From: Octopus vulgaris
Taxonomy: Eukaryota
Assembly: GCA_951406725.2 (NCBI GenBank)
Contig: OX597830.1
Location: forward strand, 63,798,001 to 63,862,000
Direction of reading: 5' to 3'
Length of the DNA stretch: 64,000 nt
The notes below the pieces were generated by a model, which saw only the letters and a list, made by a program, of their open reading frames with translations, did no database searches and was not told where the DNA came from. Made by a program: the position numbers and the translations under genes. This document shows positions 44,778 through 57,992 of the stretch, piece after piece. Position 1 is the first letter of the stretch. Every line of letters begins with the position of its first letter.

Positions 44778-45138
44778 TGTATTTATGAATACATTTATAA
44801 ATTTGGAAATATAGAACATATATTTAATGATACATTAAACAATGTCCTAGGAGGACTTCTGGTCGCTAAAACGAACTAACCCACTAATGTCATTGCATGA
44901 AATAAATAATATGAATGTATTACGAATATGTAGCAATCTTACGCAGACGACACTTTAGTTTCACGTGTGTTAATTTAGCCAATCAGAAACTCGGAACGCT
45001 TTTTTTTTTGTTTTTTTTTTTGGCTGGTTAAGCAAAATACACGACCATTTCTCATCGTTGTCACGCCTGTTATTTGAGCCAATCAGAAATTTTAACCAAT
45101 CGGCTACTTATAGGGTATGCGTAGTTTTTTTTTTTTTC

Positions 45139-45258
45139 TATTTAAACAATATTCTATTGGAATTCGGTTCATTCCACTCGGAGCTGGCAGATTGAGTTGC
45201 TGACCATTTCAGTTTCTTCTCTGCTTGAGATTTTTTCCCTCGGCAAACATAGGTAAGC
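45139..45258 (+). promoter_or_regulatory. Candidate core promoter and non-coding first exon of the neuropeptide gene
   Basis: TATTTAAA at 45139-45146; Inr-like TCATTC at 45169-45174 (A at 45171, 32 nt after the TATA start); donor AG|GTAAGC at 45253. CCAAT boxes at 44979, 45079 and 45096 and CACGTG at 44962 lie upstream. Confidence 0.5.
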
Positions 45259-46135
45259 TATTTCATTTCTGCTTCTCTCACTTCTTGCTAGATGTTAGCA
45301 TTGGTCCATCTTCCTCATAATGATTTTTACCGGTTTAAAATACGTATGTTATCAACGTTTTCTCTTTACTGCAAGTACACGCTTTCACTCACCAAACGAG
45401 AGTATGTACATGAACAATTTTTACAAAACAAAACAAAATATATAAAATATTTCCATAACACATTTTGCATTGATTGATTTTGCAAACTAAGATAATTTAT
45501 AATCTATGTGTGAATTTTGTATTCGTAAAACACGTACTCAGTAAATATTATTATATTAAGCTACCAACAAGATCGGAAGGGGTTAATTTTTTTATTGGTA
45601 TGACGGAAATATAAGTAAAAATTGTGCATAATTCATTTTTCTTTTTATAACGAATGCTCTTTTAATCTTCGACTTCTGATTTGACGCTCGAACAAGACCG
45701 GATGGGTTCAAATCACATCAGGCTTACCAGGTATAACTTCTGATTGGTTAAAATTTTTGATCTACTTTAATAACAAACACGACAATGGTGAAAAATGATC
45801 CTTAACCCCCAGAAAACGGCCCAGAGGATACTAGTCTGACTGGCTGAAATAACACACGCTAGAAAACAATAAACCTAAATTGCCGTCTGTAGAAAGTAGC
45901 TATAGATATTTATACTCTTTTACTCTTTTAGTTGTTTCAGTCATTTGACTGCGGCCATGCTGGAGCACCGCCTTTAGTCGAGCAAATCGACCCCAGGACT
46001 TATTCTTTGTAAACATTGTACTTATTCTATTGATCATTTTTGCCGAACCTCTAAGTTACGTGAAAGTAAACACACCAGCATCGGTTGTCAAGCAATGTTG
46101 GAGGGACAAACACGCACACACAAACATATACACAC

Positions 46136-46203
<68 letters not shown>

Positions 46204-46606
46204 GACGGGCTTCTTTCAGTTTCTGTCTACCAAATCCACTCACAAGGCTTTGGTCGGCCCGAGGCTATAGTAGAAGACACTTGCCCAAGTAGCCACGCAG
46301 TGGGACTGAACCCGGAACCTCCTACGCTTTTATGTATAGAATATATGCGCTTTTACGTCTTGACTTGTTTCTGTCAATAACTTTGGCCATGCTGGTGCAT
46401 CAACTTGAATAATTTAGTTGAACTCATCGACCTCAGTACTTATTCATTTTAAGTCTGATATTTATGTCAACGATCTCTTTTGCCGAACTGCTGGATCACG
46501 AGGAAGAAAATAAACCAGCACTGTTGTCAACTGGTGTTGGAATAAAAACCAAAGACATACACACACACGATGGGCTTCTATACAATTTCCACCTATTAAA
46601 TTTACT

Positions 46607-46998
46607 GTGGAGTGGAAGCACTCCGTCGGTTACGACGACGAGGGTTCCGGTTGATCCGAATCAACGGAACAGCCTGCTCGCGAAATAAACGTGTAAGTGG
46701 CTGAGCACTCCACAGACACGTGCACCCTTAACGTAGTTCTCGGGGATATTCAGCGTGACACAGAGAGTGACAAGGCCGGCCCTTTGAAATACAGGTACAA
46801 CAGAAACAGGAAGTAAGAGTGAGAGAAAGTTGTGGTGAAAGAGTACAGCAGGAATCACCACCATCCCCTGCCGGAGCCTCGTGGAGCTTTTAGGTGTTTT
46901 CGCTCAATAAACACTCACAACGCCCGGTCTGGGAATCGAAACCGCGATCCTATGACCGCGAGTCCGCTGCCCTAACCACTGGGCCATTGCGCCTCCAC
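46607..46998 (-). mobile_element. tRNA-derived SINE (third family) nested in a CORE-like SINE
   Basis: Head gtggaggcgcaatggcccagtggttagg; 12-bp TSD attaaatttact at 46595-46606 and 46999-47010. Confidence 0.9.
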
Positions 46999-47518
46999 AT
47001 TAAATTTACTAACAAGGCGTTGGTCCGTCCGTCGCTATAACAGAAGACACTTAGCCAAGGTGATACGCAGTGGGACTGAACTTGAAGCTACGTGTTCGTG
47101 AAGCATACTTTAGAACTACACGGCCATCATGAAATCACCAATCAATTTATAATGACTATATCATAAATATCTTGGCACCAAAGTTTGGCACAAAGCCAGC
47201 AATTTCGGAGGAGGGAGTAAGTCGATTACATCGACCCCAATACTCAAGTGGGTCTTATTTTAGGGGTCCCGAAAAGTATAAGTCGACAGTGGAATTTGAA
47301 ATCAGAACATAAAGACAGACGAAATGCCGTTGAGCATTTTGCCTGTCGTCTTAACGATTCTGCCAGCCCGCCATCTTAACTATGTTATAAATATTATAAT
47401 ATATGACAAACAATACACAATATGTGATATTATGTGTCAGAATGTGATAAACACATCAATAGAATATACACGATGTAAAATATAATTTAATGTACTGCAT
47501 TTAATGCACGGGTATATT

Positions 47519-48102
47519 TTTTCTACTCTAGGCACAAGACCCGAAATTTTTGGGGAGGGGCCAGTCGATTAAATCGACTCCAGTAAGCAATTGGTACTTA
47601 AGTTATCGACCACAAAAGGATGAAAGGCACAGTCGACCTCGGCGGAATTTGAACTCAGAACGTAGCGGCAGACGAAATACCTATTTCTTTACTACCCACA
47701 AGGGGCTAAACACAGAGGGGACAAACAAGGACAGACAAACGGATTAAGTCGATTACATCGACCCCAGTGCGTAGCTGGTACTTATTTAATCGACCCCGAA
47801 AAGATGAAAGGCTCAGTCGACCTCGGCAGAATTTGAACTCAGAAAGTAGAGACAGAAGAAATACTTATTTCTTTACTACCCACAAGGGGTTAAACACAGG
47901 GGGGGGAGGACAAACAAGGACAGACAAACGGATTATGTCGATTACATCGACTCCACTACGTAACTGGTACTTATTTAATCGACCCCGAAAGGATAAAAGG
48001 CGAAGTCGACCTCGGCGGAATTTGAACTCAGAACGTAACGGCAGACGAAATACCGCTAAGCATTTCGCCCGGTGCGCTAACGTTTCTACCAGCTCGCCGC
48101 CT
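47519..48102 (-). mobile_element. Trimeric tRNA-derived SINE with TSD
   Basis: Same three-unit layout as 15643-16230; flanking direct repeat gcacgggtatatt at 47506-47518 and 48107-48119. Confidence 0.88.
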
Positions 48103-48388
48103 TAAAGCACGGGTATATTAGAAACACAATATCAGAAGTGCATATTCAAGAAAAAAGTTTACGGCGCATTAAAGCTTACAGAAAGCTCAACTCTATATAG
48201 AGGATCCGGGATGATTTTAAAAAACATTATTGTTATAATTTTTGGGCGGAAGGTGGAGAGCAGTACGTCTTCTTTGCCATCAAATGCATGTAAATCACAT
48301 TATTTACATTATTTACATTTGACGGACATTTGTCCTCATCTTGTTTGTTGTTAACACCAAATTTCCGTCAAATGTAAATAATGTAAAT

Positions 48389-48700
48389 CACCGTGATCAC
48401 CGTGACCGACCAGGCTATCAGATGTTGCTACACATCGCTGGTCACAATGCGCTTCGCATTATTTTAGCCTTCAAATGACGCCACCCCGCTGGCTAAGCGA
48501 ACAGGCCAACAGAAGAAAGAGTGAGAGAAAGAGTGGTGAAAGAGTACAGCAGGGATCGCCACCAACCCCTGCCAGAACTTCGTGGATCTATTAGGTGTTT
48601 TTGCTCAATAAACACTCACAGCGCCCGGTCTGGAAATAGAAACCGCGATCCTACAACTGCGAGCCCGCTGCCCTAACTACTGGGCCATTGCGCCTCCACT
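48389..48700 (-). mobile_element. tRNA-derived SINE, same head with a different tail
   Basis: Head as at 46998; flanked by ataatgtaaat at 48378-48388 and 48702-48712. Confidence 0.8.
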
Positions 48701-49501
48701 TATAATGTAAATAATGTACATAATTCCTCATTTCTTAAATATAGAACTGAACATGTAAATCAATATGTTTAGCCCTCGACTAGCTTTCAAGGAACATACC
48801 TTTAATCATTTTGTTCATTTTGCTGTCCCCCTTTTTTTTTTTTCAATATTCGGACAAAGTATATTTATTACTACACTTTCCAATGAGCCATTTCTTTTTA
48901 AGACAGTCGTTTCCGTGCTAAGGGAGATATGGTTGCTATTTCTAGCCTGTTGAGCGTTCTCTGTTTCGTTAGCGTGAAAGTAAAGATATTTAATCCTATT
49001 GTTGAGAGGATAATAATGTTAAAACAAGTAAAAAAATATATATAAAGTATGAGTTTAAATGAGGCTGACAGATTGGGGGATGTGTAATCTAGGATTAATT
49101 TTATATGGAAATGTTTTCCTGTATTTCAAACATGCGCCGGCGTGGCTGTGTGGTAATGGCTCCAGAAGGACCAGTTATCCTTATTTGTTTTATGTGTATG
49201 TGTGTATGTGTGTATTCGTGTGTGCGTGTGTATGCTTGTGTGTGTGCGTGTGTGCGTGTGTGTGTGTGCATGTCTGTGTGTGTTGAATATGTATATGTAT
49301 AGGGAAGCGTTTGATAAATTCCAGATACAGTTAAGCCATTTATTCCCGACACACGTTTCGACATTGTGGTTACTTGCATCTTCTGCGGTGGATGTTCAAA
49401 GGGCATTTAGATGCAGATCCACAACGACTTCCCGGAAGAATATTGTGTTAATACACACACACACACACACACACGCACAGACGCACACATATATTGTATG
49501 A

Positions 49502-49539
<38 letters not shown>

Positions 49540-49570
49540 AGAAATTTCTGTACACCACACCTAACACTCT

Positions 49571-49648
<78 letters not shown>

Positions 49649-49673
49649 ATATGTATATGTATATATATATACT

Positions 49674-49883
<210 letters not shown>

Positions 49884-50124
49884 TATGATAGATCGTTAGC
49901 CACTACACACATCTTTTCTCTCTTTGTTTCTCTCCTTGTTTTTTTCTGTGTTCCTTTCTGTGGAAGAGCGCAGGCTCGAAACGTAAAAGACTTTTTCAAC
50001 TCCTGAGCGTTATACTTATACATCTGTTTGTTTTCTACACCACCTGTTTTCGTCTTTTGTTTGTTTTTTCGTGAATTCTCCCTATATATATGCATGTGTA
50101 AATATACATATTTAAATGTATAGA

Positions 50125-50690
50125 TCTATATAAATAAATGGCAATTTCTGTCTGTCTTTTACCATCTTAGTGTCTAAACCAGCGAACCAATATTCACGAA
50201 ACTTTGCATATATGTAACACTAACATCCGGCTCAATAACAGTGTAATTGAATTTCAATGAAAATCTATAATGTGCCCCCCCCTCCAGGGGCGTTGGGCGA
50301 ATTATATGATAAAATGAGAAGCTTACAAAAAGTATTAGTCTAGGGGAAAGGTAGTAGCAGAGAAAGGGTGACTTATGTCAGTGAAGACGAGAATAGCGGT
50401 AGCAATGGGTTGGTAGCGTTATTACAGCTGTCAAGTACATGCGACGCTGCATACATACTTTTGTAAATACATAGATACAATACACACAGAGAAAGGGATG
50501 TATGAGGAATACGTAACTTTAAGGTAAGATGGGGTAGGTGGCTCTTCTGCTGTCCATCACAAAGAAACACTCACACAAACACACACACACACACACATAC
50601 ATACATACGTACATACATACATAATACATACATATGTCAAATATGCACCATTTTAAACTCGTGATTACCTGTGTGTACGTTTGTAAATGT

Positions 50691-50730
<40 letters not shown>

Positions 50731-51295
50731 CGTCCTATAACTCTCTGTCTCCCTAATTTTGTAGGGTCTTCCTTGTTGCTGTCACATATTGTGAGATTTT
50801 AAAATTACGTCAAAATTTCCAAATTTGGTACATTGAAATAATTTTCCACGTTAGATCCGATTATGTTATCTATTTGTTCCAGAAAAGTTGCATAAAAACG
50901 TTACTGGGGTTTAAAGTTAAATCAATTTGATCTAATCAGAAAACAGGATTTGGAAGCTGACATTTTCTGCATGATAGCTGTCTATCACGAAATGAAACCA
51001 AAATCATTAGGAGGACGAATTTTTATTAAACAAACGAAAGCAAAGCATTACGATGATCAAAGTTGTAAAAACTTTTGAAGTTTTAATGAATAAAGTCATG
51101 TGAAACGGTCGAACAGACATGTAAATAATTTAAAAAAGGAAAAAATCCTCAACGAAGTTTTTTGGTGAAAAATTACAAAAATTTGTCTGATTAAAAGACC
51201 TATCTGTCGGAGAATGCTTGTTCTCACATGGAATAAATAAAAAATATGATATTCTATTGTAAAAATTGCCTGGCAACATCGGGCCATTCAGCTAG
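50125..51295 (+). mobile_element. Non-autonomous Helitron (in the putative intron of the neuropeptide gene)
   Basis: A|TCTATATAAAT 5' end at 50125; 3' degenerate hairpin cctggcaacatcggg and CTAG|T at 51292-51296. Confidence 0.65.
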
Positions 51296-51572
51296 TGTAT
51301 ATATATATATATATGTGTGTGTGTATGTAATATATATATATATATATATACATACATGCATATATTTGGATATCTATTTCTATGTGTGCGTGTCGGGGCG
51401 GGGGTGATGGTTTTTGGTAAGCAGTGTCGATTTTTACAATTCTGTAAATGATAATGTTTTCTAAGATTAAATCTTATAAGCGATCACTGTGTGATGACTA
51501 AAGAACATCAGACTATTTCCTTTAGTCATTACACGGCAATCACTTATAAGCTTATAAAATATTATTATCAAC

Positions 51573-51635
<63 letters not shown>

Positions 51636-51684
51636 AGTAAATATAATTTGTTATAATGTCTTGTTGTTGAGATAGGCTCTCTTT

Positions 51685-51767
51685 CTTTCCTGATGAAAAG
51701 ATTGCATTTTACACTGTTTATTCCTTTGGAATTAAACCAATGTTGTCTTCGAAACATATGTCGAAAG
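51685..51767 (+). ncRNA. Type I hammerhead ribozyme-like motif in a Penelope-like remnant
   Basis: Stem I ctttc (51685-89) / gaaag (51763-67); CUGAUGA 51690-96; long stem II; GAAA 51751-54; palindromic stem III ACAUAUGU; GUC triplet ending at 51762. Confidence 0.7.
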
Positions 51768-51964
51768 TAAATGAATTTTAATTACATCTTCGTTCAACTC
51801 CATTTATTTACTTATACTACACAAATTACTGCACATTAACCCGGAGGTTTTACCTTTGAATAGGTCGTTTCATCCGTGTTACTTGCGTGAATTTTGCTAC
51901 CCTGGTAACGGTTTATTGAATTTTCCATGTTAACGGTAAACAAAGGATAATTCATTCATCAATT

Positions 51965-52020
<56 letters not shown>

Positions 52021-52110
52021 AGTATTGCTAATACATCAACCTCGTGTCTATTTCTTAATAAAATCTACAATTACAAATTTAATATTTCAGTAAGAACACA
52101 ATCAACAAAA

Positions 52111-52392
52111 ATGTCTCGAAGACTGGTCCTATGTGTGGCAACTTTACTCAGTTTAGCTTTGTGGCAGATGCAAATTTTCCATGCAGAGGCGGCTTACACA
52201 CCTGTTTACGATCAACAAGCTCCATTGAAATTCGGAAGAAGAGGTCTAAATCCCAATGTTAACAGTCTATTTTTCGGCAAACGAGGGGCGATGGCGGAAG
52301 AGTTGAGTCACATTGATCTCGGCAGACGATGTATGGCCGCCATGTCGGTGTGTAATATATTCTTTGAGTCGAAATCAGAAAATAAAAGATAA
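52111..52392 (+). CDS. FFamide: Neuropeptide precursor, molluscan FFamide (SIFamide-orthologous) type, 93 aa
   Basis: Hydrophobic signal peptide ending ...HAEA; then AYTPVYDQQAPLKF-G-RR and GLNPNVNSLFF-G-KR (cf. Lymnaea GLTPNMNSLFFamide); C-terminal C-x6-C (CMAAMSVC) as in SIFamide precursors. A-rich start context caaaaATG. Acceptor tttcAG ends at 52090 and donor GTAAGT starts at 52394. Only non-repetitive protein-like ORF in the window. Confidence 0.93.
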   Translation: MSRRLVLCVATLLSLALWQMQIFHAEAAYTPVYDQQAPLKFGRRGLNPNVNSLFFGKRGAMAEELSHIDLGRRCMAAMSVCNIFFESKSENKR

Positions 52393-52485
52393 AGTAAGTA
52401 TTTCTTCTTAATATATTCGTATATTTATCTATTCATCATCATCATTGTCGTCATCATCGTCGTCGTCATTATCATCATCATCATT

Positions 52486-52520
<35 letters not shown>

Positions 52521-52542
52521 TAATAATAATATTAATATTATT

Positions 52543-53310
52543 AAGGCAGCGAGCTGGTAGAAGCGTTAGCACGCCGGGCGAAATGCTTAGCAGTTCTAAT
52601 TCCGCCGACGTCTACTTTGCCTTTCATTCTTTCGGGGTCAATAAAATAAGTACCAGTTGAGTACTTGGATTGAGGTGATCGACTAGTCCCCTCCCCACAA
52701 ATTCCAGGCCTTGTGCCTATAGTAGAAAATGTTATTATTTTTATTATTAGTATGGCGGCGATCTGGCAGAATTGTTAGCACGCCGGACAAAATGTTTTGC
52801 TGCATTTCGTCCGTCCTTACGTTCTGAGTTCAAATTCAGCCGTGGTGGACTTTGCCTTTCATCATTTCGTTATCGATAAAATAAATACCAGTTACGTACT
52901 GGGGTCGATGCTGTCAACTTATCTCCCTTCCACAAATTTCGGATCTTGTGGCCTAATAGTAGAAAGGATTATCATTATCATTAAGAAGAAAAGGGGGCGA
53001 GATGGCAGAATCGTTAGCACGCCGGGCGAAATGCTTACTTAGGGCACGAGGCCAAACTTCCCTTTGGTAGAAGGGATTATTATTATTATTAAATCGGCGA
53101 GCTGGCAGAATTGTTAACGCGCCGGTTAAAATGTTTGGCGGTATTTATACCGGCTCTTCTCGTTCTCAGTTCAAATTCCCCCGCGGTCGTCATTGCCTTT
53201 CATCCTTTCGGGGTCAATGAAATAAGCACCAGTTCCGTACTTGGGTCGTTGTAATCGACTTACCTCTTCCCCCGAAATTGCAGGCCTTGTGCCAAAATTT
53301 GAAACCATTA
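52543..53310 (+). mobile_element. Cluster of tRNA-derived SINE copies just downstream of the coding exon
   Basis: Three to four copies starting ggcggcgagctggcagaa, separated by (ATT)n. Confidence 0.8.
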
Positions 53311-53322
53311 TTATTATTATTA

Positions 53323-53368
<46 letters not shown>

Positions 53369-53377
53369 AATAAAATA

Positions 53378-53754
<377 letters not shown>

Positions 53755-53761
53755 ATTATTA

Positions 53762-53800
<39 letters not shown>

Positions 53801-53859
53801 TTTGTTATTATTATCATTATTATTATTATTATTATTAATTATTATTATTATTATTATTA

Positions 53860-53914
<55 letters not shown>

Positions 53915-53969
53915 ATTATTATTATTATTATTATTATCATTATTATTATTATTATTAATTATCATTATC

Positions 53970-54000
<31 letters not shown>

Positions 54001-54034
54001 TTTGTTATTATTATCATTATTATTATTATTATTA

Positions 54035-54090
<56 letters not shown>

Positions 54091-54324
54091 ATTATTATTA
54101 TTAATTATTATTATTATTATTATTAATTATTATTATTATTAATTATTATTATTATTATCATTATTATTATTAATTATTATTATTATTATTATTAATTATC
54201 ATTATTATCATCACCATCATCATCATCATCATCATCATCATCTTCATCATCATCATCATCATCATCATCACCATCATTATTATTAAAAAACACTAAAGAG
54301 TGAGACTGTTATCAAATGAACAAT

Positions 54325-54460
54325 ATTCCGACATCTCGTGTGTCTTCCACAAGTTCAAAAGTAAACTTGTCAATCTACTTCAATCTTATAAATATTACCA
54401 AAAATGAAGTAGATTGACTTGTTTATTTGAACCTGTGGAAGACAGACGAGATGTCGAAAT
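54325..54460. repeat. Hairpin with ~55-bp arms
   Basis: cgacatctcgtgtgtcttccacaagttcaaa...gtcaatctacttca versus tgaagtagattgac...tttgaacctgtggaagacagacgagatgtcg. Confidence 0.85.
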
Positions 54461-54705
54461 GTGGTATATTTTAACTCTGTTACGTAGGAAACAAAATTCT
54501 GGCATAAGCTAAAACGCGCGCCGGGATCCGTTAAGGAGAGACACAGAGCAGAGAAAATGCTTTTATGCCGTTTACCGTTGGCGAGAATTTTTTTTTTTCC
54601 ATGGTAAACTACTATAAATTTGTCTTTAGAAATTAATATGTCACAAGCATATTTGAGCTAAACTAAAATTTGTTTACCTCTCAACACTGCTAATAACTGC
54701 TGCTG

Positions 54706-54759
<54 letters not shown>

Positions 54760-55280
54760 GTACTACTACTACTACTACTACTCTACACACGTGATTTTTA
54801 TCAATATTTTTCATATCTATGCTGCTTATTTAAAGCATTCGCAAATTCATCTGAAATGCTTGAGACCTTCACAGTCACATCTTCAGGATCAAGTGGTACT
54901 GGCGTATGTTACTGCATTTTTTTTTTATCGTAGGCAGTGCGAATGTTCTTAAAATAGGGTGTAACCGCTGGAATTGGACGTTTTGTCTGCGAGATTTAGA
55001 CATCATCAGTCAGGTGTTAGTTTTTATTTTTGAATTGTGTGGTTGTGTATTTCAGCATTGTGCTTCGAGCGTTGCTTCCACTATTAATCGCCCATTTGAT
55101 TTATAAATTTGAATGCAAACCTGAAAAAAAAAATAAAAAACACGACTCCAACTGTTATACAGGTCACACAAAAACAACTCCCTCTGTCTCTCTCTCTTTC
55201 ACTCTTGCTTTTTCTTTGTCTCTCTCGCTCTATCGCTTTCACACGCTCCCCAAGCACTTACAAAGAGCATATGCAATGCA

Positions 55281-56295
55281 TTAGGTTGTCAAGAAAGTTC
55301 TTGCGGTTTTTAACCTTTAAATTCAGATGCACATAATCGAAATAAACACCATCAAAATCAACTCACTTGCCAACGCGAAACAAGTTTATTTATGTCAGTA
55401 GCGTAAAAATCCTGCGTTCTGGTGGCAATGAAGTCGTTGAAGGCGTATTTGGCATCGTCTTGGATTCTTAAGCATTTCTCAGGCAGGAAGTTGTCGAGAT
55501 GCTTGAAAAAATGGTAGTCAGTAGGCGAGAGGTCTGGTGAGTATGGCGGATGAGGCAGAGTTTCGTAGCCCAATACGTTCAACCTCTACAGGGTCAGTTG
55601 TGCGACGTGCGGCCGAGCGTTGTCGTGGAGACGAATTAGTCCTTTTCTATTGACCAATACTGACTGTTGTCAGAGTTTCTTATGCATTTCATCCATTTGC
55701 TGACAGTACTTCGCCGTAATGGTTTCACCTGGATCCAAAAAGCTATGATGGATGAGACCGGCCGCAGACTACCAAACAGTCACCATGATATTCTTTTGGT
55801 GCAATTTTTGCTTCGGGAAGTGCCGTGGAGCTTCGTCGGCGTCCAACCACTGAGCTGAGCGTCACCGGTTGTCGTAAAGAATCTACTTTTCATCGCAAGT
55901 CACAATCCGGTCGAGAAACGGGTCGTTCTTGTTGCGTAAAAGAAGGGAACTCAACACTTCAAAAAGGCGTTTTTGTTTTGTTTACTTTTGGTTTATCGCT
56001 CAATTTGTGCAGTATCCATTTCTCAAGTATTTTTGTTTTTCAAATCTCATTCAAGTGGTTGGAAATTGTCGTATACGTTACGTCTAATTCAGAAGCAAGC
56101 TCTCGAACAGTTGTGCGTGGATTGGCTTCGACTAAAGCTCTTAGTTGATCGTTGTCAACATCCGATGGCCGACCACTACGCTTATCATCTTCAAGACTCT
56201 CGTCACCGCTACGAAATTTTTGAACCACCATTGTGCTGTACGTTCATTGGTGGTTCCTGGTCCAAATGCATCGTTGATATCGCGAGCTGTTTCAC
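55281..56295 (-). mobile_element. Mariner transposon, 5'-truncated, decayed
   Basis: ORFs with SLEDDKRSGRPS..RTTVRELA, HDNARPH and PHPPYSPDLSPTDYHFF; TIR ttaggttgtcaagaaagttc at 55281. Confidence 0.88.
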
Positions 56296-56646
56296 GAACG
56301 AGGAATTAGAGGGATGTAAAATTTTATTTCATCTTATTTTCTTATTTACAAATGAGGTGAAAACAACTAAATTCACTATTTGCTGTGGGTGGGGGTGGGG
56401 GCTGCCTTTTGTGAATTCCAGGACCACTAGTGATATAGATTAAAAGATCAGTGAAAGAGGAGCCGGACGTAGTCCAGTGCATGAAACCAGTCAAAGAAAT
56501 AATTGACCAGCTCAATCAATATCATAAGAAAAAGGACTGAATATTATTCGATTTCTCGATGGAAAGAAAACGTAGGAAGCATCAATAGATTATAAACAGT
56601 AGGCCGTATTTATTAGACATATTATTATCATCATTATCAACATTAT

Positions 56647-56705
<59 letters not shown>

Positions 56706-57240
56706 AATTATCAGTTCTATGTGTTATTTGTTGTTATAAACACAACCAAAATCTTTAGCGCTGTTCGTGTCTGTCACACAGACGAAATAATAATCAGTTA
56801 TGAACGAGACTTTCTCTTTCGTTTAAAATATGACAAAAGGTTTATATGCTTACGTCTATACATATATGTGTATATATATTCAGACACATATAAATATACG
56901 TACACGTACATACGTATACATGCATACATATACACATACATATATATATTTTTTACGCATACAAAGACGCAAACACACACATAAATTCATAAATATATGA
57001 TCTTAGCTCAATGATATACGCATTGCGTCTCGTCTTTTTGGTGAGTGTTTCGTATGGCCACGTACGGCGTTATGTGTATCCAAGTGTGGTTTTGTGTAAG
57101 CCATATCATCCAATTTATTATGGATATCTTTCAACATATGTATGCACAACTATCCATTGTTAACACCGTTGGCCGACTTTATTGTGCGCCGAGATACCCT
57201 AAAATTACTGTCAGCTTTTATAAAAAATCATTTTCATAAA

Positions 57241-57305
<65 letters not shown>

Positions 57306-57409
57306 TTATTTAGTTTTATTTCAAGATTTCTTGCCAATCGAGAAAGAGCCGGTTTCTAATGTAGACCCAAGGCTCCTTCATTAGAATTTCAACATCAACA
57401 GGGTATTTT

Positions 57410-57441
<32 letters not shown>

Positions 57442-57498
57442 TGTATGTATGTATGTATGTATGTATGTATGTATGTATGTATGTACTGCATCAGGGCA

Positions 57499-57559
<61 letters not shown>

Positions 57560-57569
57560 GTTATTATTC

Positions 57570-57955
57570 ATTGCCTTTGCACAGCTTCTAACGCTGGAGA
57601 TGTGCTACGGTGCTAGCTGTTCACTACCAGTGAACTAAAAGTAACACCCCTTATTTTTCGAGCACCATCAAGAGTATTCGAACGGTTCCAAGTAGTGTTC
57701 TTTTTCTGCAAGTGCTCCACCCTTTTGCAACCCCTATTTGTTTCATGTACTTCTCAAGATTTTTGCTCATTATTCCCAGGGATCCAACAATTATTGGTAT
57801 TACTACCAACTACAACTGCTTAATCTCCCAAGCTAACCTGTCATATCTATCGACTTTTCTTTCTTCCTTATCGTATACCATTGTTGTCAGCTGGACATGA
57901 TATATCTATGATCCAGCATCGTTTGCTTTCTTTCTCAATTCTCCATTTCTTTCTC
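57570..57955 (-). mobile_element. R4/Dong-type LINE 3' fragment
   Basis: Minus strand reads VIPIIVGSLGIMSKNLEKYMKQIG; flanked by (ATT)n. Confidence 0.65.

Positions 57956-57992
<37 letters not shown>

Noticed and set aside
46920-46998. tRNA-like sequence (also at other SINE heads)
   Set aside because: A/B boxes continue into SINE bodies with TSDs; no complete cloverleaf.
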